A stretch of 64,000 bases of DNA from Candidatus Zhuqueibacterota bacterium. GTDB lineage: Bacteria; Zhuqueibacterota; Zhuqueibacteria; Residuimicrobiales; Oceaniaggregativiventaceae. Under the pieces are notes generated by a model that was given only the letters and a program-made list of their open reading frames with translations, did no database searches and had not been told where the DNA came from. Shown here in pieces: positions 1 to 8,522 of this stretch. Made by a program: the position numbers and the translations under genes. The first letter of the stretch is position 1. The number at the start of each line of letters is the position of its first letter. The DNA lies in NCBI GenBank assembly GCA_014728115.1, contig WJME01000045.1, positions 120,775-184,774 of the forward strand, written 5' to 3'.

Positions 1-23
1 AATATAAATTTATGGATTAGGGT

Positions 24-1157
24 ATGTGGTATTGGATGACATGGATCGTCAGTTCTGGCTATGCCCTCTTGAGTATATTTCTTGCATTCTATTTACGCAA
101 GCGACATTTGTTCGAACACGACTTTCCCTCTGTTTCGGTCATTGTTGCCGCTCGCAACGAAGAAAAGCATTTGACCGCCTGTTTGTCTTCTCTCTCAAAG
201 CTCGACTATCCAAAAGAGAAATTGCAAGTCACCATTGTCGATGACGCTTCATCAGACAAAACAAATGAGATTGCAGGCTCATTCTGCCGGCGTTTCGAAC
301 ATTTTAATTTAATCAGAGTGGAAGCAGGACAAAAACAACGCCCAGGAAAGGCAGGGGCGCTGATTGAAGGGATTAACAAAACCGATGGAGAGTTGATTTT
401 TATTACGGATGCAGATTGCCGCGTACCCAGGACATGGATCAAACGGTTGGTCTCCTGTATGGATGAAAGTATTGGGGTCACCGGCGGGATCACTCTTTTA
501 CATAAAAAAGACCAATCCCTTCCTCTGATGGTTAAAATACAAAGCTGCGATTGGCTCTATTTGCTGGCTGTTGTTGCAGCTTCGGCAGAAATGAATCTGC
601 CTCTGAGTTGGTTCGGAAACAATCTGGTCGTAAGAAGAAAAGCCTATCAGCAAACCGGCGGATTAGAGGTCATGAAACACAGTTTGATCGAAGATTTTGC
701 GCTCATTCAAGGTGTTGCTCAAAAAACATCATTTGATATCAAAATCGATCTTCATCCGGATTCTGTGGTAAAAAGTTTTCCTCCAGATCGATTGAGAACT
801 TTTTATGAGCAGCGTAAACGCTGGTCTTCTGAAGTAAGCGACATCCCCCTATATGGCAAAATCATGATGGGAGTAACGTTATTAGGACATGTGACACTGA
901 TGGTGCTGTTACTTGCAGGCCAATGGATGTTGTCCCTGGGGCTGTTTGCCGTCATCTCTTTATCTGATTTACTCATTTTGGTCAAATCTGCCCACATGAT
1001 TAACAGACTGGACTTGATAAAACTCTTTCCCGGTTACAAATTATTATCCATTGGCTATATCCTGGGTTCCCCTTTTATCCTGGCGTTTGATCGCAAGGTC
1101 ACCTGGAAAGATGAAACCTTTAAATCAGGTTCTCCCCAAATAAAGTCACGTGATTGA
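24..1157 (+). CDS. Membrane glycosyltransferase family 2, processive/ceramide-glucosyltransferase-like (D...DD...DxD...QxxRW)
   Basis: N-terminal TM helix, then 'SVIVAARNEE', 'IVDDASSD', 'TDADC' and 'EQRKRW' (QxxRW) motifs; 3-4 C-terminal TM segments; in-frame stop at 18-20 so the ORF begins inside the window. Confidence 0.8.
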   Translation: MWYWMTWIVSSGYALLSIFLAFYLRKRHLFEHDFPSVSVIVAARNEEKHLTACLSSLSKLDYPKEKLQVTIVDDASSDKTNEIAGSFCRRFEHFNLIRVEAGQKQRPGKAGALIEGINKTDGELIFITDADCRVPRTWIKRLVSCMDESIGVTGGITLLHKKDQSLPLMVKIQSCDWLYLLAVVAASAEMNLPLSWFGNNLVVRRKAYQQTGGLEVMKHSLIEDFALIQGVAQKTSFDIKIDLHPDSVVKSFPPDRLRTFYEQRKRWSSEVSDIPLYGKIMMGVTLLGHVTLMVLLLAGQWMLSLGLFAVISLSDLLILVKSAHMINRLDLIKLFPGYKLLSIGYILGSPFILAFDRKVTWKDETFKSGSPQIKSRD

Positions 1158-2262
1158 TATCATGATACCCAAAAAGCCAATTTTGCTGCACTATTTCATC
1201 ACAACGACTTGTAATTGTCGGTGTCAATTTTGTGATATCTGGAAACAGCAAGAACGTCATCAGGCCAGGCTTTCAGATGTACTGCAGAATCTGACTCAGG
1301 CCAAACGACTCGGGATACGGTTTGTGGATTTTACGGGAGGCGAACCGCTTATGCACCCGCATCTTCCAGAGATGCTTTTATATGCAAAACGTCTGGGCTT
1401 GATGACCACACTCACCACCAATGGCCTGTTGTATCCGGAACGCAGCAAAGAGCTTGTATCTCTGGTAGATTTGCTTCATATTTCGTTAGATGCAGCAGAC
1501 GAGAGCGACCATAATACCTTAAGAAATGCAGACTGTTATCATTCGGCACTGCTCAGCATCGATAAAGCCTTGACCTTGAAACAGGTACCGGATATTCTTT
1601 TCACCGTTAACAAGGCAAATTTAAAACACGTTGCGCCTCTTGTAAAACTCGCCCAATCATTGCATATTATGCTTATCATTAATCCGGTATTTCCCATATC
1701 CGCATCCCGATTATCAAACGTCGATCTCGATTATTTGCTCTCTTTTGCAAACAAACCGTTTGTCTATATCAATAAAGCGATTATTGCTTTTAGAAAAAAT
1801 GGCGGTAACGACAACATGCAGCCCAGATGTCGTGTAGGAGATGCGGTCATTGTTATTTCATCGAAAAACACTCTGCTTTTGCCATGTTTTCATCATCATG
1901 TGTTCGCGGTAGCGTTAGAGAACGATTTGCTCTTAAAGTGGAATAGCAAAGTGATCAGGAACCAACGGAAAAAGCAAGGATGCTTTCCCTTTTGCAAAGG
2001 ATGCGTCATCAGTTGCTATTTTGATCCGTCATTTCTTTATACATTCGATCGGTTGTATTTTCAAAACATCTTTCCGAAATTTAAATATGCCATTGATAAA
2101 TACATCCGACGGCACATTTTGAATTGGATGAAGGGAAATCCCTGTTCGGCTGCCACATATGTTAAGCGTCCCGATAAACTCGGCAAAACATATATAAAAA
2201 GGCCTGTCACTCTGAAAACGAATGACAGGCAAACAGGCAAGCGTCTTGGAAAACGGATTTAG
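1150..2262 (+). CDS. Radical SAM protein with C-terminal SPASM/twitch-like Cys cluster (anSME-like architecture)
   Basis: CNCRCQFC (CxxxCxxC) at aa 21-28 (nt 1210-1233), 'FTGGEPLMHP' SAM-binding motif, C-terminal 'PCFHHH...CFPFCKGCVISC' auxiliary cluster; GTG 1150 or ATG 1162 start overlaps the GT2 stop (1155-1157). Confidence 0.8.
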   Translation: MIDIMIPKKPILLHYFITTTCNCRCQFCDIWKQQERHQARLSDVLQNLTQAKRLGIRFVDFTGGEPLMHPHLPEMLLYAKRLGLMTTLTTNGLLYPERSKELVSLVDLLHISLDAADESDHNTLRNADCYHSALLSIDKALTLKQVPDILFTVNKANLKHVAPLVKLAQSLHIMLIINPVFPISASRLSNVDLDYLLSFANKPFVYINKAIIAFRKNGGNDNMQPRCRVGDAVIVISSKNTLLLPCFHHHVFAVALENDLLLKWNSKVIRNQRKKQGCFPFCKGCVISCYFDPSFLYTFDRLYFQNIFPKFKYAIDKYIRRHILNWMKGNPCSAATYVKRPDKLGKTYIKRPVTLKTNDRQTGKRLGKRI

Positions 2263-2768
2263 AATAGCCGAATCTTTTTGATAATTTTTTTCAATCCGCG
2301 GCCAAAAATATCTGGTTCAATCTCGATATGTCGATCCTGGCCCTCACCAAAACTCGCGGATTTAATATCATTATGATCTTTTAGGGTATCATGAATAATG
2401 AATCGCTCATAGCTTGACATTGGGGGCAAGACCACTTTTTCTCCTGACTCTATGGCTTGCTGAGCTTTTTCTTGTGCAAACTTTTTAAGATTTCCAACCG
2501 GATAAACTCTTAATTCAAACTCTTCACCATCGCGATAAGTTCGCGTAGAGACATTGGGATTATTATCGAAATGGCGATGGATAATTTTTCTTTCAAAGGC
2601 ATTGAGATTCTTTAGACAAATCGGATCGATCGTTGTATACATTTCGCGTTTAATCTTTTCGATCATTCGGTCAATTTTACTGTCCCGATCAGATCTTTGT
2701 GAATCCCTCGACCGTCTGGGATACCGTTTTCGTCCTCTATCATTGTTGTTCATAGATATTGTCCTCAT
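2259..2768 (-). CDS. R3H-domain RNA-binding protein (Jag/KhpB-like)
   Basis: RG/RS-rich N-terminus, C-terminal R3H-like 'LPPMSSYERFIIHDTLKD'. Confidence 0.6.
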   Translation of the reverse strand: MRTISMNNNDRGRKRYPRRSRDSQRSDRDSKIDRMIEKIKREMYTTIDPICLKNLNAFERKIIHRHFDNNPNVSTRTYRDGEEFELRVYPVGNLKKFAQEKAQQAIESGEKVVLPPMSSYERFIIHDTLKDHNDIKSASFGEGQDRHIEIEPDIFGRGLKKIIKKIRLF

Positions 2769-2798
2769 CTATCTGGTTATCAAACCGGATCCAGGAAC

Positions 2799-4211
2799 TC
2801 ATAAAAGCCGCTCTAAAAGTTTTTCATGAATATTATCAAAAGGTCCGTTACTAAAGGTAATCACGATATCGCCTTTTGCGAGTCCTTGAATCAAAATTTC
2901 AATCATTTGTTCAGTCGAATTCACAGCCCAGGCATCTTTTCCCAACTCGCACAAATCACTAGCTATTTTTTTTACTGACAAAACCTGTCCAGCAGGAGCT
3001 TTTTCCGGCTGGTTCACCGGGGCCAACAAAACCGCATCGGCTTCTCTAAAGGCATCAACAAGCGCTTGTTGAAACACATTACGACGAGTGGTGGCAGAAC
3101 GGGGTTCGAATAATGCCCAAATTTTATTTGCGCCTACCCGATTACGCAATCCCAAAAGTGTTTCCTTGATCGCTGTCGGATGGTGACCAAAATCATCGAA
3201 TATTTTTACACCTGCCTTTTCGCCCTTGAAATCCATTCGTTTTCTTATGCCCTTAAACGTTTCAAGTGCCGAAAAGATCGAATCAAATTCAATATTTACG
3301 AACCTGGCCACTGCGATGGCAGCCAGAGCATTCCGTACATTATGCTTACCCAACAGTGGGATATATACAGACCCTCTGTCTTTGCCATTTTCCATTAATT
3401 GAAACCGAGTCCCTAAAAGCTCATAAGAAACATTATCTGCATACCAATAGGCATCTGGATTATCGACACCAAAATCATGAACCGGACAAAAAGCGCGTTT
3501 GCTGATCGCTTTCACTCGTTCAAAATCTGCACAACTCGCTAACATCCCATTTCTGGGGATGAGATTAACAAATCTTTGAAAGGCGATAATAATTTCCTCC
3601 AATGAGGAATAGATATCTGCATGATCATACTCGACATGATTGATAATACCGATATCCGGTTTATATCTCAGGAATTTGGCAACCTTGTCAAAAAATGCGG
3701 AATCATATTCATCCCCTTCAATAATAAACTCTTTACCGCTCCCAACCTGATAACCGCGATCAAAATTCAATGGCACCCCTCCAACCAGAAAACCCGGATC
3801 CCGGTTGGCGTGCTCAAAAATCCAGGCCAATAAAGAGGTTGTCGTGGTCTTACCATGTGTGCCGGTAACGACTATGGATCGATGTCCACGGATAAAAAAT
3901 TCTCTGATCGCGTCAGGTAGCGAAATATAATCAAGATGTTGTTCGAGGATCACTTCGATTTCCGGGTTCCCTCGAGAAATCACATTTCCGACTATCACTA
4001 AATCAGGTTTGGGTTCCAGATGCGAAGCTGAAAACCCTTCAAAAAATTGTATTCCCTGGTCCTTTAAAAATGTACTCATTGGAGGATAAACATCTTTATC
4101 AGTGCCATAAACATGAAAGCCCATCGACTTGAACATGGCAGCCAGGGAGGCCATAGCTGTGCCTGCTATGGCTAAAAAGTAGATATTTTTTATATCTGAG
4201 CGCAATAACAT
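2799..4211 (-). CDS. mpl: UDP-N-acetylmuramate:L-alanyl-gamma-D-glutamyl-meso-diaminopimelate ligase (murein peptide ligase)
   Basis: 'VYPPMST', 'GTHGKTTTTSLLAWI' Mur-ligase P-loop, size of about 470 aa typical of Mpl. Confidence 0.88.
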   Translation of the reverse strand: MLLRSDIKNIYFLAIAGTAMASLAAMFKSMGFHVYGTDKDVYPPMSTFLKDQGIQFFEGFSASHLEPKPDLVIVGNVISRGNPEIEVILEQHLDYISLPDAIREFFIRGHRSIVVTGTHGKTTTTSLLAWIFEHANRDPGFLVGGVPLNFDRGYQVGSGKEFIIEGDEYDSAFFDKVAKFLRYKPDIGIINHVEYDHADIYSSLEEIIIAFQRFVNLIPRNGMLASCADFERVKAISKRAFCPVHDFGVDNPDAYWYADNVSYELLGTRFQLMENGKDRGSVYIPLLGKHNVRNALAAIAVARFVNIEFDSIFSALETFKGIRKRMDFKGEKAGVKIFDDFGHHPTAIKETLLGLRNRVGANKIWALFEPRSATTRRNVFQQALVDAFREADAVLLAPVNQPEKAPAGQVLSVKKIASDLCELGKDAWAVNSTEQMIEILIQGLAKGDIVITFSNGPFDNIHEKLLERLL

Positions 4212-4217
4212 TCGTTC

Positions 4218-5039
4218 TTATGGGTTTTGCTGTATAAACTCGTTATGGGAAATGCGGGTCATACCGGATCTATCCACTTTGACATTTGCCACTTGGCCGG
4301 ACTGACCAGGTAAGCCCAAGTTTTGATCATCCAAAGATATTCTCAAACCGCCCCCATTACCCAATTTCAAATAAAATGGAGAGTGACTTTCCCAGGACTT
4401 TACATCCCCAGGATAAAAAATCGCTTCATCAGCAAGTGAATCCTGAAAAACAATCCTTACCCAGGTTGTTTCTATTGCAGTAGCTCTCAAAATATGTTCT
4501 TGCTTTTGAAACCCCTTTAACTCAACATCAGGCTGTTGCTTTTCAACGGGTTTCTCTGCGCTGTCGGGCACGGAACGTGTGGCGTTATCGTGCATTTCCA
4601 TTGACTCGAATGGAAATGTCTGATTTTTTTGATCATCAGAAGGACATTTTAGGATCAACATCACGACCATTACCAGCAATAAAATCGCCACCATGATCAA
4701 AGGCCTGAAAAACCATAAAATAAATTTAAATTCATTGCTTTTTTGTTCTGATAGAGTCTGCTCTTGCTGATTTTTTTCATCCCTTTCTTTTGCCTTTTTT
4801 TCCAGGGCATCATTCAAACGATTTGCCATCACATCTGGATTGAGTCCCAGTTGTTCGGCAAACGTTTTTAAAAATGCTCTCACATATACAACCGGCAAAA
4901 AATGGAAATTTCCCTCCTCGAGTTTTTGCAGGTAGGAAATAGAAATTTTTGTCTGAGCGGAAATTTCCTCCAAACTAAAATTCTTTGCTAGACGTTGCTC
5001 CCGCAATTCGTGAGCGATTTTGTTGAGTTCATTTTCCAA
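4218..5039 (-). CDS. rodZ: RodZ-like cytoskeleton protein (XRE HTH + TM + C-terminal DUF4115-like domain)
   Basis: N-terminal HTH 'LEEISAQTKISISYLQKLEEG', single TM, Pro/Gln-rich linker, C-terminal beta domain. Confidence 0.6.
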   Translation of the reverse strand: MENELNKIAHELREQRLAKNFSLEEISAQTKISISYLQKLEEGNFHFLPVVYVRAFLKTFAEQLGLNPDVMANRLNDALEKKAKERDEKNQQEQTLSEQKSNEFKFILWFFRPLIMVAILLLVMVVMLILKCPSDDQKNQTFPFESMEMHDNATRSVPDSAEKPVEKQQPDVELKGFQKQEHILRATAIETTWVRIVFQDSLADEAIFYPGDVKSWESHSPFYLKLGNGGGLRISLDDQNLGLPGQSGQVANVKVDRSGMTRISHNEFIQQNP

Positions 5040-5048
5040 ATGGCTACT

Positions 5049-5651
5049 CTATAGTTGCAGATTCAAAAATGAAATAAATGTCGAATAAAATTTTGCCAAA
5101 GGGAAACCGACGATATTGTAAAAACAGCCATCGATTCTATCAGCAAATACTGCACTTTGATCCTGAATCCCGTACGAACCCGCCTTATCCATAGGATTAC
5201 CGGTCTCAATATAGTCGAGTATTTCCCAATCCTGCATAGGACGAAAATGTACTTGGGTGATCTCATAGCCTGAAATAATTCGCTGTTCAGGAACCTTGAT
5301 CAAAGTAAATCCTGTATAAACTTTATGTGTCTGGCCACTCAACGATTTTAGCATCTTAAAGGCATGCGCCGCGTCAACAGGTTTTCCTAAAATTTTATCG
5401 TTCAGAACGACAATCGTGTCTGCACCAATAACCAGTGCGTGCTCGTATTGTTTCGCAACGACAGCAGCCTTTGCTTGGGACAAAAGTTCAACATGCTGTC
5501 GGGGCCGGGTTTCATATGCATATCGAGTTTCATCAAGATCACTGGTTTGAACCTCAAATTCCAAGCCGATCAGCTTGAGTAAGGTCGATCGTCGTGGTGA
5601 TTGAGAAGCGAGTACAATCGGAAAGTCTATCGCTTCCAAAAATCGCTTCAT
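5049..5651 (-). CDS. maf: Maf-like nucleoside triphosphate pyrophosphatase (septum formation protein)
   Basis: 'LASQSPRRSTLL' N-terminal signature, about 200 aa. Confidence 0.8.
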   Translation of the reverse strand: MKRFLEAIDFPIVLASQSPRRSTLLKLIGLEFEVQTSDLDETRYAYETRPRQHVELLSQAKAAVVAKQYEHALVIGADTIVVLNDKILGKPVDAAHAFKMLKSLSGQTHKVYTGFTLIKVPEQRIISGYEITQVHFRPMQDWEILDYIETGNPMDKAGSYGIQDQSAVFADRIDGCFYNIVGFPLAKFYSTFISFLNLQL

Positions 5652-6106
5652 TTACTCTTTCGCCAATCATCGCTATCGAGCATAATGGTGACAGGCCCAC
5701 TATTTACAATATAAACAGCCATTTCTGCCCCAAAAACACCGTGTTGAATCATCAATCCTGTAGATTTTAACATCGCGATCATCTGTTGATACAAAGGTTT
5801 TGAAACATCGGGCAAAGCCGCTTGTACAAAGCTCGGTCGTCGTCCTCTTGAACAATCAGCATATAGAGTAAATTGAGAAATGGCCAAGATCTGGGCATCA
5901 ACTTGCAATGCGGAAAGATTCATTTTGCCCTGATCATCCTCAAATATACGCAAATTGACAATTTTATCAACCATTTGTTGAGCGACATGCGCATCGTCAC
6001 CTTCTTTGATGCCAATCAACGCAACAAGACCTGCAGTGATTTCTCCTACGGTTTCATTTTTTATATCAACAGATGCACGAGAGACCCTTTGAATTAAAGT
6101 TCGCAT
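5648..6106 (-). CDS. dtd: D-aminoacyl-tRNA deacylase
   Basis: 'MRTLIQRVSRASV...SQFTLYAD'; start moved from the track's 6133 to the internal Met 'MRTLIQRV' to avoid overlap with the upstream gene. Confidence 0.85.
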   Translation of the reverse strand: MRTLIQRVSRASVDIKNETVGEITAGLVALIGIKEGDDAHVAQQMVDKIVNLRIFEDDQGKMNLSALQVDAQILAISQFTLYADCSRGRRPSFVQAALPDVSKPLYQQMIAMLKSTGLMIQHGVFGAEMAVYIVNSGPVTIMLDSDDWRKSK

Positions 6107-6110
6107 AAAA

Positions 6111-6992
6111 TCAACTTCCCAGCAAGATCGCAAAAAGTCCGATAACCATGTCTGCTTTTAACCAACCGCTTACTCGACCCAATCGAGTATTTGATGGATG
6201 TTTGTGCAAGGTATATATCGTAAAGATCAAGATCGGATATATTCCGACAATAACGATGATAATATAGAGTTTTGAGTACAAATTCTGCAAAAACGGCAGC
6301 CAGGTGATCCCCATGAGTATCAAAAATACAACAGAGACCAGTCGCTTTGCTGCATCCATGCCATATATTATGGGTAGCGTCTTTGCTTGCTGGGCCGCAT
6401 CACCCTCGACATCTTGCATATCTTTAACAATCTCTCTGCCCCAGTGCATAAAAAAGGCAAACACGGCAGGGAATACTCCGGCCTGCCAGGTTCCGACTGC
6501 GGCACTGCCAAATATAAATGCCAATCCTGTCACAAGACTTACAATCCAGTTGCCCCAAAAAGCGAGACGCTTGAAAATGGCACTGTAAAAGTAGAGCAAA
6601 ATGACAGAAAAAAGACAAATGAAAGCGGTCAAGAAATTGATCATAGCACTTGTCAACAAACCCAGGCCAAAAAGACTCCAGGCAAAGACGAGAGCTTGTT
6701 TTGGTGTGATCTGCTGGCTGGGTAACGGTCTTTTGGGTTTATTGATTCGATCAATTTCGAGATCAAAATAATCATTAATAGCATTGGCGCCAGCGGTGAC
6801 CAATGCTCCGGCAAGACAAGCCAATATCACATTGGCCATAGGATCGAGGCGTTTACTGATGAATGTTGCCAAAAAGATTGAAGCGATTGCGATTAACACA
6901 TTGACAGGTCGTGCCAATCGAATAAAACCGACCCATTTGCCCATATCATTCTCTATCGAACCATATGCAGTTGATGAAAAATAAAGCTGCAA
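6111..6992 (-). CDS. UbiA-family polyprenyltransferase
   Basis: 'NAINDYFDLEIDRINKPKRPLPS' Asp-rich motif, 8-9 TM helices. Confidence 0.75.
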   Translation of the reverse strand: MQLYFSSTAYGSIENDMGKWVGFIRLARPVNVLIAIASIFLATFISKRLDPMANVILACLAGALVTAGANAINDYFDLEIDRINKPKRPLPSQQITPKQALVFAWSLFGLGLLTSAMINFLTAFICLFSVILLYFYSAIFKRLAFWGNWIVSLVTGLAFIFGSAAVGTWQAGVFPAVFAFFMHWGREIVKDMQDVEGDAAQQAKTLPIIYGMDAAKRLVSVVFLILMGITWLPFLQNLYSKLYIIIVIVGIYPILIFTIYTLHKHPSNTRLGRVSGWLKADMVIGLFAILLGS

Positions 6993-7089
6993 TCCTTGTA
7001 AAACAATAATATAGCACTATCAGGCAGGAAATGCAAGTTGTATTTCATCATGAAAAGGTGCTAGACTCTGCTCGTCTCTCTATATAAAA

Positions 7090-7560
7090 TCATAGAATCT
7101 CTCTAATTTTATATGTCAAACTACCGGCAGGCACTTTGATTTCCACAACATCGTCGATGGTTTTACCCACCAGGGCTTTGCCCACAGGTGAGTCAACCGA
7201 AACAGCATCCGGATTAAAGTTGCTAAATTCAGCAGAAGGAATCAATTCATAAATGATTTCTTCATTGGTATCGGTATCAACCAGCTTGACTTTTCTACCC
7301 ACATGAACACGGTCAGAGGTCATCTGATCGTCCTCAATAACTCGTGCTCTGGACAGCATTTCCTCGAGTCTGGCAATTTTTCTCTCAATGAGTCCCTGCT
7401 TTTCCTTTGCTGCAGCGTATTCGGCATTTTCTCGTAGATCACCATGTTCACGGGCCGTGGCAATGGCTTCGATCACTTGAGGTCGCTCTTTGGTTTTGTA
7501 AAATTTCAATTCTTTGGACAACTCGTCAAATTGTGAGCGTGAAAGGTACATCGGCTTCAT
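7090..7560 (-). CDS. greA: Transcription elongation factor GreA
   Basis: N-terminal coiled-coil and C-terminal FKBP-like domain, 156 aa. Confidence 0.85.
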   Translation of the reverse strand: MKPMYLSRSQFDELSKELKFYKTKERPQVIEAIATAREHGDLRENAEYAAAKEKQGLIERKIARLEEMLSRARVIEDDQMTSDRVHVGRKVKLVDTDTNEEIIYELIPSAEFSNFNPDAVSVDSPVGKALVGKTIDDVVEIKVPAGSLTYKIREIL

Positions 7561-7633
7561 ATTCAGATCTCCCTGTTTCTATCCTCAGTATAAATATTTG
7601 CAATTTTTCATGATTGCATTCTAGGAAAAACCA

Positions 7634-7678
7634 TAAAAAAACACAAACCGAACCGGGTTTATCCCGGTTCGGTTTGTG
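7634..7678 (-). terminator. Intrinsic terminator in the greA 5' leader (GraL-like): 16-bp perfect stem followed by U7 on the minus strand
   Basis: Plus strand 7642-7657 'cacaaaccgaaccggg' pairs with 7663-7678 'cccggttcggtttgtg'; A7 at 7634-7641 on plus = U-run on minus; lies about 75 nt upstream of the greA start; extended -10 'TGgTACAAT' on minus at plus 7702-7710. Confidence 0.55.
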
Positions 7679-7819
7679 AATAATGTAAACTAAAAAAAAA
7701 GATTGTACCAGTCAAGCAAAATCGATACGTTATCTGTATACATTGTGTTGCACTGCTAAAAGTGCTAGAATTTATCCTTTTTATGCCTTATATTCCAGGC
7801 GGGTAATCTTGAGGACTAT

Positions 7820-8356
7820 ATGAAACGCAAAGTGATCGTCATCACTACAGGGGGAACGATCGAAAAAACCTATGATGAAGAAAGCGGAACACTGAGCAAT
7901 CGGGGATCTCAGCTACAACAAATGCTTAGCCGGTTGCGCCTGCCCTATACAACCATCCAGCATCACGATCTATTGAGTAAAGATTCTCTGGAAATGACAG
8001 AAAAAGACCGTAAAATTCTCCTTCTAGCCGTTGAAAATTTCCTCGATCAAGCTGCCCCCATTCTCATTCTACATGGCACAGATACCATGGATATTTCTGC
8101 TCATTTGCTATATAATGAAATTTCTCATTCCAAACCCATTATACTGACCGGAGCGATGCGGCCCTTTGGGTTTGAAAATTCGGATGCATTGCAAAATTTC
8201 ATAGAAGCTTTGATGGCTTGTTTTCTCGTTCCTCCGGGCGTCTATATCTCTATGCACGGTATTATTCATTCCTTGCCCGGAGTGCAAAAAAACCGGGAGC
8301 GGGGAACATTTGAAAAAATTCAAAATTCGGGAAAGGAGACACACTCTTTGCAGTAA
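7820..8356 (+). CDS. L-asparaginase N-terminal-domain-only protein
   Basis: 'VIVITTGGTIEK', 'ILHGTDTM', 'ILTGAMRP' asparaginase N-domain motifs; ORF stops after about 178 aa with no room for a C-domain before pepD. Confidence 0.55.
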   Translation: MKRKVIVITTGGTIEKTYDEESGTLSNRGSQLQQMLSRLRLPYTTIQHHDLLSKDSLEMTEKDRKILLLAVENFLDQAAPILILHGTDTMDISAHLLYNEISHSKPIILTGAMRPFGFENSDALQNFIEALMACFLVPPGVYISMHGIIHSLPGVQKNRERGTFEKIQNSGKETHSLQ

Positions 8357-8522
8357 AAATGTTTACCGAATACCTGTGCGCTTTTGCAAACAGGCCTTTG
8401 AACGATGGACGTGATATTTATTTTATTATGAAAATCAGAAATATTGCTCCAAAGACTCACGTTCGACATCTTGCATGCTTTTGATCTTTTAAAAAATATA
8501 AACATCTATATTGGAGGTGATC

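Noticed and set aside
1-2262. Hopanoid HpnI/HpnJ identity for the GT2/radical-SAM pair
   Set aside because: HpnJ carries an N-terminal B12-binding domain and is about 470 aa. This radical SAM protein has CxxxCxxC at residue 21 and a SPASM-like C-terminus, and there is no hpnK, hpnH or squalene-hopene cyclase nearby.
6304-6725. Several 60-110-aa ORFs antisense to the ubiA, pepD, Mpl and histidine kinase genes (e.g. 6304-6588, 8714-9022, 3180-3505, 31176-32946)
   Set aside because: They lie fully inside well-supported genes on the opposite strand, lack an RBS and have low-complexity composition. They are typical of spurious antisense frames.
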